This document shows positions 18,597-27,975 of a stretch of DNA of 64,000 bases, one piece after another. Below the pieces are notes generated by a model. That model did not search any database and had not been told where the DNA came from. It saw only the letters and a program-made list of their open reading frames with translations. The stretch's first letter is position 1; every line of letters begins with the position of its first letter. The position numbers and the translations under genes are program-made. Origin of the DNA: Candidatus Micrarchaeota archaeon (lineage in GTDB: Archaea > Micrarchaeota > Micrarchaeia > Anstonellales > Bilamarchaeaceae); the NCBI GenBank assembly GCA_043821365.1, contig JBDRCX010000006.1, positions 256,001 through 320,000 on the forward strand, written 5' to 3'.

Positions 18597-20213
18597 ATGG
18601 ATGATCTTTCTCAAACATCAAAAGAAGTTGCAAAAGGCACAATCTGGTCACTTCTAGGAACGCTTTTTTTCAAGCTGTCTTCGTTTTTTTATGTTATATT
18701 GATAGCCAGAGTTGTTTCTCAAGACGACATTGGAATTCTCTATCTTGGTATAAGTATTGCAGGGTTGCTGAGTCTCGCATCAGAATTTGGTATTGTGAGT
18801 GCTTTAGTGCGTTACATTCCCTTTTTCTATGGTAAAAATGATAACCGGAAAATCTTTGACCTAATCAACTTTAGCTATATCACTGTTGTTCTTTCTGTTA
18901 TTGCCGCAATAATACTATTTTGGCAAGCAGATGCGATAGCTGTTTTCTATTCACTCCCCTCTCTAACTATGGCCTTACAGTTGTTTTCCATATTTATCAT
19001 TCTAAGTTCATTCAATAAAATATTTTCAAATATCTTACTTGGTTTTGCTGATGTAAAATCAACACAACTAGCCTCCAATCTCCAGAATTTTTCAAAACTA
19101 ATAGTTACAATCTGCCTTTTCTATTTGTATGGGATCACCCTATTCAATCTTGTTCTTGGTTATATCCTTTCCTTCCTTCCACCTGTTATTCTATTATTCA
19201 TATTTATGAAAAAACAACTATCCAGAATTCCTTCAACTGGGGACAAAATAACACAAAAAGATTTGGTTAATGATGTAGTGCCTTTTGGTTTTATGATAAT
19301 GATCCTAAGTTCATTTTCTCTAATTCTAACTTCTGCAGATAAGCTTATTCTTGGTTATTTACTTGATCCTAGTGAATCTGCGAGTCTGATTGGAATTTAT
19401 TCGATTGCATTTGGTCTTGCTGCGATGATCGCTCTCTTTCCACCAACTATTGGAAGTATCTTTTTCCCAGTTGTGTCAAGACTATTCGGGAAAAATGATA
19501 TGGATGGTATTCGTTCTCTTACTGAAACAGCACAAAGATGGCTTTTATTTATCACGTTGCCAGTTGCAATTGTTTTCCTTGTGTTTGCACGTGATCTTCT
19601 TTCACTTTTTTATGGCGAGTCCTATGCATCTGGGGAAATGGTTGTCATTTGGTATATTCTAGGATTTGTACTAACTTCAATTACCTATGTTATTGGTTAT
19701 GTTCTTGCAGCAATGCGACTTATTAAACTTGAAATTAAAATCCTTGCAATTTCTGCACTTGTCAACGTTATTCTGGCATTTTTACTAATCCCAATTTTTA
19801 GTATTGAAGGAGCTGCTCTTGCTATTATGTTCAGTTCTGTTGTTTCCTTTTTCCTTCTTATATATTATGGACGTAAGGTGTTTAATTATTCTCTCCCAGT
19901 TGAGGTGTACAAATTAGTTAGTGCATTTGTAATCTCTCTTATAGTGCTCTTTTTGTTTAAGCCATATTCGGTATCATTATTTAACGCACTTCCAGTTTTT
20001 GATTCGCCAGTTGTTGATAAAATTTTGAACTTTGGTCTTTTATCTGTCTTTTCATTATTCACATTATTGGTATTTATCTCAATCACAATCCCATTCAAAT
20101 GCTTCTACAAAGAAGATATTTCTCTGATGAAATCTCTCATGAAAAAACTCAGAATCCCTGTAAAATTAATTGATTTTACGACCAAATTAGCCTCATATGG
20201 TGTAAAAATGTAA
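18597..20213 (+). CDS. Oligosaccharide flippase (Wzx/MOP superfamily)
   Basis: About 14 TM segments; D....G, GIY..A and FP..S motifs; lies in the glycosylation cluster. Confidence 0.85.
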   Translation: MDDLSQTSKEVAKGTIWSLLGTLFFKLSSFFYVILIARVVSQDDIGILYLGISIAGLLSLASEFGIVSALVRYIPFFYGKNDNRKIFDLINFSYITVVLSVIAAIILFWQADAIAVFYSLPSLTMALQLFSIFIILSSFNKIFSNILLGFADVKSTQLASNLQNFSKLIVTICLFYLYGITLFNLVLGYILSFLPPVILLFIFMKKQLSRIPSTGDKITQKDLVNDVVPFGFMIMILSSFSLILTSADKLILGYLLDPSESASLIGIYSIAFGLAAMIALFPPTIGSIFFPVVSRLFGKNDMDGIRSLTETAQRWLLFITLPVAIVFLVFARDLLSLFYGESYASGEMVVIWYILGFVLTSITYVIGYVLAAMRLIKLEIKILAISALVNVILAFLLIPIFSIEGAALAIMFSSVVSFFLLIYYGRKVFNYSLPVEVYKLVSAFVISLIVLFLFKPYSVSLFNALPVFDSPVVDKILNFGLLSVFSLFTLLVFISITIPFKCFYKEDISLMKSLMKKLRIPVKLIDFTTKLASYGVKM

Positions 20214-20295
20214 AAACATTTTTACTAAATCGAAATTATTATTTCGATATAGCGTAAAATAGGCGTTTTTAAACAGTTTCGATCAATTCGATAAC

Positions 20296-21144
20296 ATGCT
20301 TGAAGATGTAATTTTTAGCCAACTCACCATGCCAGGTGAACTTGTAAGATTAGTAATTGCCTTTCTGGGTGTTCTAGTTGCAACCTATTATGATCTTTTT
20401 AATAAGAAAAATATTCCAGATCTTTTTTTGTATTCATTTTTACTCATCGCATTTCTGATTAATTTATTATTCTATGAAGAAACTTTATTCATATTCTCAC
20501 TTGCCATTGCTGTTGTGGTATCTGGTATTGGATATATCTTCTACCGTGTCGGTCAGTTGGGCGGGGCAGATGTTTTCATTTTGGCAGGAATAATGCTATT
20601 GCTTCCTATACACCCATCCTTCTCTGAAATGACATTCAACATTCCTTTTGTATTCTCAATTATCATATTTTCTGGAGTGGTATTCGCTCTTTACATGATG
20701 GTTTATTTTGGTTTCAAACTGTTGAATACTGAAGCCAAACCAAATCTACTATATTTGCTTATGTTAGTTCCGTATGGACTATTCGCATATGTCTATCTTG
20801 GCTCATTTTTATTTTCCCCGCTTTATTTTGCTTTTATAACAATCTCCATGTTTGCAATTACTCTTTTCATGATGTTTAAGGAATCTGTAAATAAGCTGCT
20901 TGCAGAAGAGTTGCCTCTTTCTCAACTTGAACCAGAGGATGTTCTTGCACTTGAACTAATGAATAAGGACCTAGTTGAAAAGCACAAGCTTACTCGGCTA
21001 GTAACAGAGAATGAAATCGCGAGATTAAAAAAGGCAAAACTAACCGAAGTCTGGGTCTATACAAAACTCCCCCCCTTCGTTCCATTCATTTTAGTCGGTA
21101 TGGTGATGTCTTTATTTTTCGCCAAACACCTTCTTCTTTTTTGA
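20296..21144 (+). CDS. Prepilin/preflagellin peptidase (A24 family, PibD/FlaK-like)
   Basis: YYDL....IPD and GGAD catalytic Asp motifs; C-terminal PPFVPFI. Confidence 0.85.
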   Translation: MLEDVIFSQLTMPGELVRLVIAFLGVLVATYYDLFNKKNIPDLFLYSFLLIAFLINLLFYEETLFIFSLAIAVVVSGIGYIFYRVGQLGGADVFILAGIMLLLPIHPSFSEMTFNIPFVFSIIIFSGVVFALYMMVYFGFKLLNTEAKPNLLYLLMLVPYGLFAYVYLGSFLFSPLYFAFITISMFAITLFMMFKESVNKLLAEELPLSQLEPEDVLALELMNKDLVEKHKLTRLVTENEIARLKKAKLTEVWVYTKLPPFVPFILVGMVMSLFFAKHLLLF

Positions 21145-21175
21145 ATTTATGTGTTTTATTATAAAGTGATCTAGT

Positions 21176-22360
21176 ATGGACATTATTGCTTTCCTTAACT
21201 ATTCTATTGCGTTCTTTTCATTGTTCTCAGTTTGTGTTTTTTTATTACTTTATATAAAATACTGGAAAGATTATGACAAAAAACCAACAAAACCAAAAAA
21301 AACACCAAAGGTCTCCATAGTGATTCCTGCGTATAACGAATCAGCATATCTAGCAGCATGTCTCAAAAGTGTGCTGTCAATAAACTATCCTCAGAAGCTA
21401 CTCGAAATACTTGTTATTGATGATGGTTCCACTGATGATACCTACAAAATAGCAAAATCATTTGAGTGTGGCAATCTTAAGGTTATAAAAAAACCAAACA
21501 CTGGAAAAGGAGCATCATTAAATTTTGGTATAAAGAAAGCAACAGGAGAACTCATTGCAACTATGGATGCAGATTCCTACCCATCCAAAAACATCCTTTG
21601 GGAGCTCATACCATACTTTAATGACAAAAATGTTATGGCAGTTACTCCAGCCGTAAAAATAAAAGAAAGCAATTCTTGGCTGAAAGAACTTCAACGCGTC
21701 GAGTATTTGATGATCCTATTTTCAAGAAAATTACTAAGTTTCATAGATAGTGTTCCAGTTACACCCGGTCCATTTAGTCTTTTCCGTGCTGTTGTTTTTG
21801 ATAAAGTAGGCGGGTTTGATGAGCACAATCTTGTTGAAGATCAAGAAATAGCCCTAAGGATACAATCTCATAATTTCAAAATAAGGAGTTCAATGACTGC
21901 AGAGGTTTACACGGAACCCCCGGGTAGCATACCTGATTTGCTTCATCAGAGAGTACGATGGCAAAGAGGCGGTATAAGAAACTATTGGCAGTATAAGTTC
22001 TTGATCAAGCCAGAATATGGGGATTTTGGTATGTATTTTGTTCCAATGAATTTCCTTACATTGGGTGCATTTTTCCTTCTTGTTGGTTTATTGGTTTATT
22101 CTCTTTTCTCTTCACCCTATTATATACAATATATTTGGTTGGACACTCTTTCAATGGGAATAACATTATTTACGCTCATAGGAGTTTTTGTTATTCTAGT
22201 TTCAACGATTTTTCTTTATGTCGCTGTTACTAGTTTCAATACAGAAAAAGTCAAATTACGGTACATACTTTCATTCATAGTATTCTATTGGTATTTGATG
22301 CTTGGTTACAATTTCATGTTTCTGATTAAAGAATTGAAGAATGAGGATTATTCTTGGTGA
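21176..22360 (+). CDS. Processive glycosyltransferase family 2
   Basis: PAYNE, DDGSTD, DAD, ED and QRVRW motifs with TM helices. Confidence 0.9.
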   Translation: MDIIAFLNYSIAFFSLFSVCVFLLLYIKYWKDYDKKPTKPKKTPKVSIVIPAYNESAYLAACLKSVLSINYPQKLLEILVIDDGSTDDTYKIAKSFECGNLKVIKKPNTGKGASLNFGIKKATGELIATMDADSYPSKNILWELIPYFNDKNVMAVTPAVKIKESNSWLKELQRVEYLMILFSRKLLSFIDSVPVTPGPFSLFRAVVFDKVGGFDEHNLVEDQEIALRIQSHNFKIRSSMTAEVYTEPPGSIPDLLHQRVRWQRGGIRNYWQYKFLIKPEYGDFGMYFVPMNFLTLGAFFLLVGLLVYSLFSSPYYIQYIWLDTLSMGITLFTLIGVFVILVSTIFLYVAVTSFNTEKVKLRYILSFIVFYWYLMLGYNFMFLIKELKNEDYSW

Positions 22361-22364
22361 GGTT

Positions 22365-23021
22365 ATGAAACGTAATTTGAGTACTCATATATATGTGGTT
22401 GCTTTTGTAATCTCCATTCTTATCTTTGTTATTGGTGTGTATGTTGGGTCTGTTATTGATTCAACAAACCTGAACACCATTTCTAATGAAGTGTCTAATG
22501 TTTCTGGCAGGGTTGCATCTCTACAACTTCTTCTTTTGAGTGAAGGAAACTCTACTTCATTTTGTCCTGTTTATATATCTGAATTACAAAACTTGGACAA
22601 TGAAATAGAAAATATCGGCTACCGGCTTAGTTTCTTAGAAGATGAAAAACAGATTTTTGACAATGAGTTAAAAAGAAAATACTTTGTTCTTGAAACAGAA
22701 TCCTATCTTCTTTCTAAAAAACTCAAAGTCCTTTGTAAGGATGAAAGTATTTTACTAATTCATTTCTATTCAAACAAAAACTGTGGTACAACCTGCACAG
22801 AACAAGGGGCTGCAATTTTACAAGCACGGGATCAGCTTGTCTCTGAAGGGTATGGGGTCAAACTCTTTTCCTTTGATGGTGAGTTGGACAGTCTGGTTGC
22901 TGAAGCACTTGAAACTGAATATAACGTCACTATGTACCCAACAATAGTTATAAACGAAAAAACATACCTTGGTTTCCAGTCAGTTGAGCAGATTAAAAAC
23001 ATATCAAAGGCAGAAAAATGA
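22365..23021 (+). CDS. Membrane-anchored protein with C-terminal thioredoxin-like fold
   Basis: N-terminal TM, CGTTC, YPT loop; start at 22365 after GAGGT. Confidence 0.55.
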   Translation: MKRNLSTHIYVVAFVISILIFVIGVYVGSVIDSTNLNTISNEVSNVSGRVASLQLLLLSEGNSTSFCPVYISELQNLDNEIENIGYRLSFLEDEKQIFDNELKRKYFVLETESYLLSKKLKVLCKDESILLIHFYSNKNCGTTCTEQGAAILQARDQLVSEGYGVKLFSFDGELDSLVAEALETEYNVTMYPTIVINEKTYLGFQSVEQIKNISKAEK

Positions 23022-23266
23022 TTGTAGAAGTTTCTGTTGTTCCAAATTCGAAGAAATTCTCTATCCTAGTTAAAAATAAGCGAGTAAAAGTTGCTTTAAA
23101 AAATAAACCAGAAAACAATAGAGCAAATATTGAACTTGTAGCTGGTTTGTCAAACCTAATGGGGAAAGAAGTAAAACTCATATCTGGTCACAAGTCAAAA
23201 AACAAAAAACTTTCAATAAATATAACTGAATCTGAATGGTTGAATTTTTTGAAAACATTCTGTTAA
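23018..23266 (+). CDS. DUF167 (YggU-like) protein
   Basis: V.V.PNS, P...RAN.ELV, SGHKSKNK motifs. Confidence 0.85.
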   Translation: MIVEVSVVPNSKKFSILVKNKRVKVALKNKPENNRANIELVAGLSNLMGKEVKLISGHKSKNKKLSINITESEWLNFLKTFC

Positions 23267-23290
23267 TTATATTATTGTTCAATATTCTTC

Positions 23291-24205
23291 ATGGCATATG
23301 CTACTCCAATAAGAACTGAAGATTTGCCCCCCTATTATCCAACATTCACTGGCAGAGTTGTTTTTGTATCTGATACTGAATTTCAAAGACCAAATAAATT
23401 GATGGACGATATCATCCAAACAGTTCGATCTGGAGATACTCTTGTTTTTGTTGGAGATATTTTGACTCTTCCTCCTGGATCCAGCACATCTGCTCGAAAA
23501 GCATGGGATGTTGTTATTCCATTTTTTGAAAGATTAAAAGATATGGGGGTCCGTCCTATTGTAATTCTTGGAAATCATGATGGCCCAATGCAAACTGCAT
23601 CTGATGTTCTAAGCCCAGTTGTTGGTCAGTATTATGGTTCTGGCAGTGTTGAAAAAAGTTTTACTTTTATTAATGGCGATATGGCATTCATTTGTTTGTC
23701 TGGTCGTACGCAACATGATCTTGACAGCAGTTATCTTAGGAGAACATTAGTTGATTTAGAAAGTAAAGGTCTGAAAAAAGTGACTATTGTTTCCCACTAT
23801 CCTATAGACCAAATAGGGAAAATGTCGTTATCTGGTCCAAGAATAGGAAGTTCACTATTAGAAGATAAAAAACTCTATGAAATATTGTCTGACTTTTCCT
23901 CAAGATTGGATCTCACGGTGCTTGGTGGTCATCAACATGTTGCATTTTCAGGAGATTATATTTCTAGTGACAGTTTAATCAAAGTTAGAGATATTCATCT
24001 TCCATCGCCAAAAATTGCATATCGTTATCCTAATGGTTCAAGGTCACAAAAAGGATATGCTGTTTTTAGTAGAATGCAATTCTCTCTTCTTTCGCTTTCT
24101 GGCGAACCATTAATCACACCCTCACAAATAAAAGGTACAAAAGGAACATTTAAGTCTGATGATATGGTTGTAAAGACAGAAAAACCAAATTTAAGACTTA
24201 ATTAA
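23291..24205 (+). CDS. Calcineurin-like metallophosphoesterase
   Basis: SD, GD, GNHD, SHYP and GHQH motifs. Confidence 0.75.
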   Translation: MAYATPIRTEDLPPYYPTFTGRVVFVSDTEFQRPNKLMDDIIQTVRSGDTLVFVGDILTLPPGSSTSARKAWDVVIPFFERLKDMGVRPIVILGNHDGPMQTASDVLSPVVGQYYGSGSVEKSFTFINGDMAFICLSGRTQHDLDSSYLRRTLVDLESKGLKKVTIVSHYPIDQIGKMSLSGPRIGSSLLEDKKLYEILSDFSSRLDLTVLGGHQHVAFSGDYISSDSLIKVRDIHLPSPKIAYRYPNGSRSQKGYAVFSRMQFSLLSLSGEPLITPSQIKGTKGTFKSDDMVVKTEKPNLRLN

Positions 24206-24245
24206 CCTTATATATTTATTCTACGCGTTTATTATAGGTGAACAA

Positions 24246-24809
24246 ATGGCACTTGAATTAATCATTGCAGCAGGTTGTATATTGGGTGTTGGTTTACTTT
24301 TGCTACTTTACGTGGTAATGACCTACAATCGCCTTATATCCCTTAGAAATAGAGTAGAAAATGCATGGGCACAGATAGATGTGCAACTAAAAAGAAGGTA
24401 TGATCTAATTCCAAATCTTATTGAGACTGTTAAGGGTTATATGAAGCATGAAAAAAGTACATTTGAAACAATTACAAAATATCGTTCACAACTTATAACT
24501 GGTACTCCAGAAGAGAAAGTAAAGGCAAATAATATGCTTACACAGGCACTAAAATCAGTTTTTGCAGTTGCTGAAAACTATCCCAAATTAGAGGCTAGCC
24601 AGAATTTTAGGATGCTTCAGGAAGAACTTGCAGGTACGGAAAACAAAATTTCATACATAAGAACTGCCTACAATGATTCTGTTCTTGAATATGACAATGC
24701 ACTCCAGATGTTTCCAAGCAATATAATTGCAGGTATGTTGGGATTCAAAGACAAAGAATATTTGGAAGTGCCTGAAGAAGAAAAGAAAAATGTAAAAGTG
24801 CAATTTTAG
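24246..24809 (+). CDS. lemA: LemA family protein
   Basis: YN.LI......[33 protein letters not shown] motifs. Confidence 0.95.
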   Translation: MALELIIAAGCILGVGLLLLLYVVMTYNRLISLRNRVENAWAQIDVQLKRRYDLIPNLIETVKGYMKHEKSTFETITKYRSQLITGTPEEKVKANNMLTQALKSVFAVAENYPKLEASQNFRMLQEELAGTENKISYIRTAYNDSVLEYDNALQMFPSNIIAGMLGFKDKEYLEVPEEEKKNVKVQF

Positions 24810-24897
24810 TTTTTTCGAAGGGGGGTAGCCCCTTTGGAACCTCCCGTCTATAACTATGAATTGGAGTCTGAGGGGATTGCCCCTCAAGTGGATAAAA

Positions 24898-25776
24898 ATG
24901 GCAAAAATAAGTTTCTTTGATGCAGCAGATCAGAATAAGCGCAATTCACTTATCTTAGTTGCTGGGATGGTTCTTGTTTTTTTAGCCGTGATATTTGCTC
25001 TTTCCTATTTTTTACGGCTTGGTATCTGCGGTCCAATTATAGGATTATTTGCACTTCTTATATACGGTGTTGTTGTTTACTATCAAGGTGATTCAATGAT
25101 ACTTGCAATGTCTGGTGCAAAAGAAGCTAAAAAAACAGATTATCCATTTCTATATAATGTCGTTGAAGGGTTAACAATTGCATCAAACATTCCAATGCCT
25201 AAAGTATACGTCATAAATGATCCAAGTCCAAATGCATTTGCAATCGGTAGAGATCCAAAACATTCTTCAGTAGCAGTAACAACTGGTCTTCTGTCAATTC
25301 TCAAGAGAGAAGAATTAGAAGGAGTAATAGCCCACGAAGTTTCCCATATTGCAAACTATGATATTAGGTTTGCTATGCTTGCGATTGTTTTTGTTGGCGC
25401 AATAGCGTTGATTGGTGAATTTGCCTGGCGTGCAGCTATCTTTGGTGGTAGGGACAGGCGAGGTGGCGGCGGTGCTTTTGTACTCATTGGGTTGGTTTTC
25501 GTTATTCTTGCACCAATATTTGTACAATTACTCAGATTTGCTTTATCTCGCGAAAGGGAATTCCTAGCTGATGCAAATGGTGCAAAACTTACAAGATATC
25601 CAGAAGGGTTAGCAAGTGCACTTGAAAAAATCAAAAAAGCCCATCTCCCTACAAAAACAGCAAATGATACCACTGCCTCATTATTCTTTTCAAACCCATT
25701 TCCAGATAAAATTGGATTTTTAGGTTCAACTCATCCTAAGATCGAAGACAGAATAAAGAGATTAAGAAGCATGTGA
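24898..25776 (+). CDS. htpX: Zinc metalloprotease HtpX
   Basis: PNAFAIG, HEVSH, SREREFLAD, STHP motifs; follows lemA. Confidence 0.93.
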   Translation: MAKISFFDAADQNKRNSLILVAGMVLVFLAVIFALSYFLRLGICGPIIGLFALLIYGVVVYYQGDSMILAMSGAKEAKKTDYPFLYNVVEGLTIASNIPMPKVYVINDPSPNAFAIGRDPKHSSVAVTTGLLSILKREELEGVIAHEVSHIANYDIRFAMLAIVFVGAIALIGEFAWRAAIFGGRDRRGGGGAFVLIGLVFVILAPIFVQLLRFALSREREFLADANGAKLTRYPEGLASALEKIKKAHLPTKTANDTTASLFFSNPFPDKIGFLGSTHPKIEDRIKRLRSM

Positions 25777-25906
25777 TATTCTTTTGGTGAGATCTACTTT
25801 CAAAACCAACGAGTGCTGGCGAATGCATTGACCAAACCAAAACAATATAAATAGCTCGTGAGTAATCTGAATGAATTCTATTTAGGTAAATTGATGAGGT
25901 GAATTT

Positions 25907-26620
25907 ATGTACGGAGTTTCCCCCCAAGCATATGATCGAGCAATTACGGTGTTTAGTCCGGATGGAAGATTATTCCAGGTTGAATACGCAAAAGAAGCAG
26001 TGAAAAGAGGAGCAACTGCAATAGGTATAACATCAAAGGATGGAGTTGCATTAGTTGCATTCAAATCAATTCATTCTGCGCTAGTTGTGCCAGAATCACT
26101 GAAGAAAGTTTTTGAAATCGATAGTCATATTGTTGTAACAGCGTCAGGGTTAATTGCAGATGCTAGAAGACTTGTTGAAGTTGCACGTGTTGATTCACAA
26201 AGACATAGGATAACTTACAACGAAGCACCAAGTGTTGATTCTATCGCAAGAAGTGCCTGTGATCTTATGCAGGTTTACACCCAATATGGTGGGATTAGAC
26301 CATTTGGAGTTTCTCTTTTGATTGCAGGTGTTGATGATCAAGGACCAAAACTCTTTGAAGCTGAACCAAGTGGTGCTATGACTGCATATACGGCAGACTC
26401 CATAGGTGCAAACAAAAAAGAAGTAGATGAGTACCTTGAGTCTAAATATAGTGCAAAAATGACTTTGGACGACTCAATAAAACTATGTGTTGATGCTTTA
26501 CGAAAAACACAAGAAGCAAAACTTCTCCAGGAAAACGTTGAAATTTCATATGTGACAACAAAGACGAAGAAATGTGTTTCATTACCAGATAAAGACGTTG
26601 GCAAATATTTGAAACCTTAA
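25907..26620 (+). CDS. psmA: Proteasome subunit alpha
   Basis: YDRAITVFSPDGRLFQVEYAKEAV, RPFGVSLL; GAGGTGA RBS. Confidence 0.97.
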   Translation: MYGVSPQAYDRAITVFSPDGRLFQVEYAKEAVKRGATAIGITSKDGVALVAFKSIHSALVVPESLKKVFEIDSHIVVTASGLIADARRLVEVARVDSQRHRITYNEAPSVDSIARSACDLMQVYTQYGGIRPFGVSLLIAGVDDQGPKLFEAEPSGAMTAYTADSIGANKKEVDEYLESKYSAKMTLDDSIKLCVDALRKTQEAKLLQENVEISYVTTKTKKCVSLPDKDVGKYLKP

Positions 26621-26632
26621 TTTTTTTCTAAT

Positions 26633-27307
26633 TTATTTTACTACAGTCCCACTATGAACTTCGCCATTAATCGCCTTCTCAACATCATCTAAATTTTTCC
26701 CACTTACAAAATGCGTTTCAATTTTCGATCTTGCAATAAGTTTACAGGCAAGCAAATCAAATACAAAATTAGTTCCTGCAGTTCTTCTATCACTTTTCAC
26801 AGCAAGATCAATAAGCTCATCATAAGTCATTTTATCGAATTTTTTTGCATCCAGATTTTCTTTTGGATTAGAATCATAAATTCCTGCAGTATTGCTTATA
26901 TTTATCAATCTCCTCGATCTCAGAGCTTCAGCCAAAAGTACAGAATCAGTATCCGTAGTTACTCCTGGTATGGTTCCCCCCATCACAATTACTTTTGCGT
27001 CTGCTTCTTTCCGTGCTTTTTTGAAATCTTTGATTGTTTTTGGGTAAGCCATATCTTCAAAAATATCTGCAACTGTTTGGGCATTCTTCCAGGTGATTTT
27101 TATTGCTGCTTCATCACATTCAAATTCGCTTTTACCTTTATCACGCATTTTTCTTGCCACTTTCCTTGCTCCAAATCCGCCACCAACAACTATGCCGAAT
27201 TTGTTCTCATTCCTAGAAATTATCTCTTTTATTCTAAGTACATAATCTCTATCTGTTCCTTTTTCTGTATTTACTAGGCTACCACCCAAAGATAAGACAA
27301 TGTGCAT
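26633..27307 (-). CDS. pyrH: UMP kinase, archaeal type
   Basis: SLGGS, VVGGG, GGTIPGVTTD, GIYDSNP, FD..ACK motifs. Confidence 0.93.
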   Translation of the reverse strand: MHIVLSLGGSLVNTEKGTDRDYVLRIKEIISRNENKFGIVVGGGFGARKVARKMRDKGKSEFECDEAAIKITWKNAQTVADIFEDMAYPKTIKDFKKARKEADAKVIVMGGTIPGVTTDTDSVLLAEALRSRRLINISNTAGIYDSNPKENLDAKKFDKMTYDELIDLAVKSDRRTAGTNFVFDLLACKLIARSKIETHFVSGKNLDDVEKAINGEVHSGTVVK

Positions 27308-27313
27308 ATCTAC

Positions 27314-27934
27314 CTATCTTCCTGAGGATTTAAATTTTCTTCTCTTAGTTTTTTTCGAACTATGTTTTTTTCTTATGGGTCTTTTCTTTTCTGGTTTTTT
27401 GATGAGGTTCAAAAATCCAAAAACCACGCATGAAACCAAATACCCTTCAATGAGTAGAAGGGTGGCACTTATTATTATTGCAAGAACAGATGCCGGTCTA
27501 TACTGATTGTTAGTACTTATAGCGCAATCATAGCTTTTTTCTGTCATATAATGCTCACAAAAAGGAGTATTCATATATTCACAAGGAACTGGAAGAAAGG
27601 GGTCAATCAGTAGCATTAATTCGGTTAACTCTTTATCATTCCAATACCCGCTCATTTCAATTGCTCGTTCTATTGCTAGTTCGAACCGATGCTTTGTTTG
27701 TTCCTCAATAGTAACATCTCCATAGGCTATAGTGCCTGATTCAATTTCATGGCAAAACTTATTATCCATCATTAGTTCTACTGCCATTGCATACTCTTTT
27801 ACATCGCACATATAACTATCCTGCAACGAACCAAATACGTAGAAATCATTCAAAACAAAGACAAATGTTATTAGCATTATTGTTGGTAAGATGAATTTTC
27901 TCAACTCTGATTTTAAAAAATCCATATTTCTCAA
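27314..27934 (-). CDS. Hypothetical membrane protein
   Basis: N- and C-terminal TM helices, Cys-containing loop, basic tail. Confidence 0.5.
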   Translation of the reverse strand: MRNMDFLKSELRKFILPTIMLITFVFVLNDFYVFGSLQDSYMCDVKEYAMAVELMMDNKFCHEIESGTIAYGDVTIEEQTKHRFELAIERAIEMSGYWNDKELTELMLLIDPFLPVPCEYMNTPFCEHYMTEKSYDCAISTNNQYRPASVLAIIISATLLLIEGYLVSCVVFGFLNLIKKPEKKRPIRKKHSSKKTKRRKFKSSGR

Positions 27935-27975
27935 GTCTCATTAACCATTTAAATTTTTTCCCCTAAGTCTAACAT

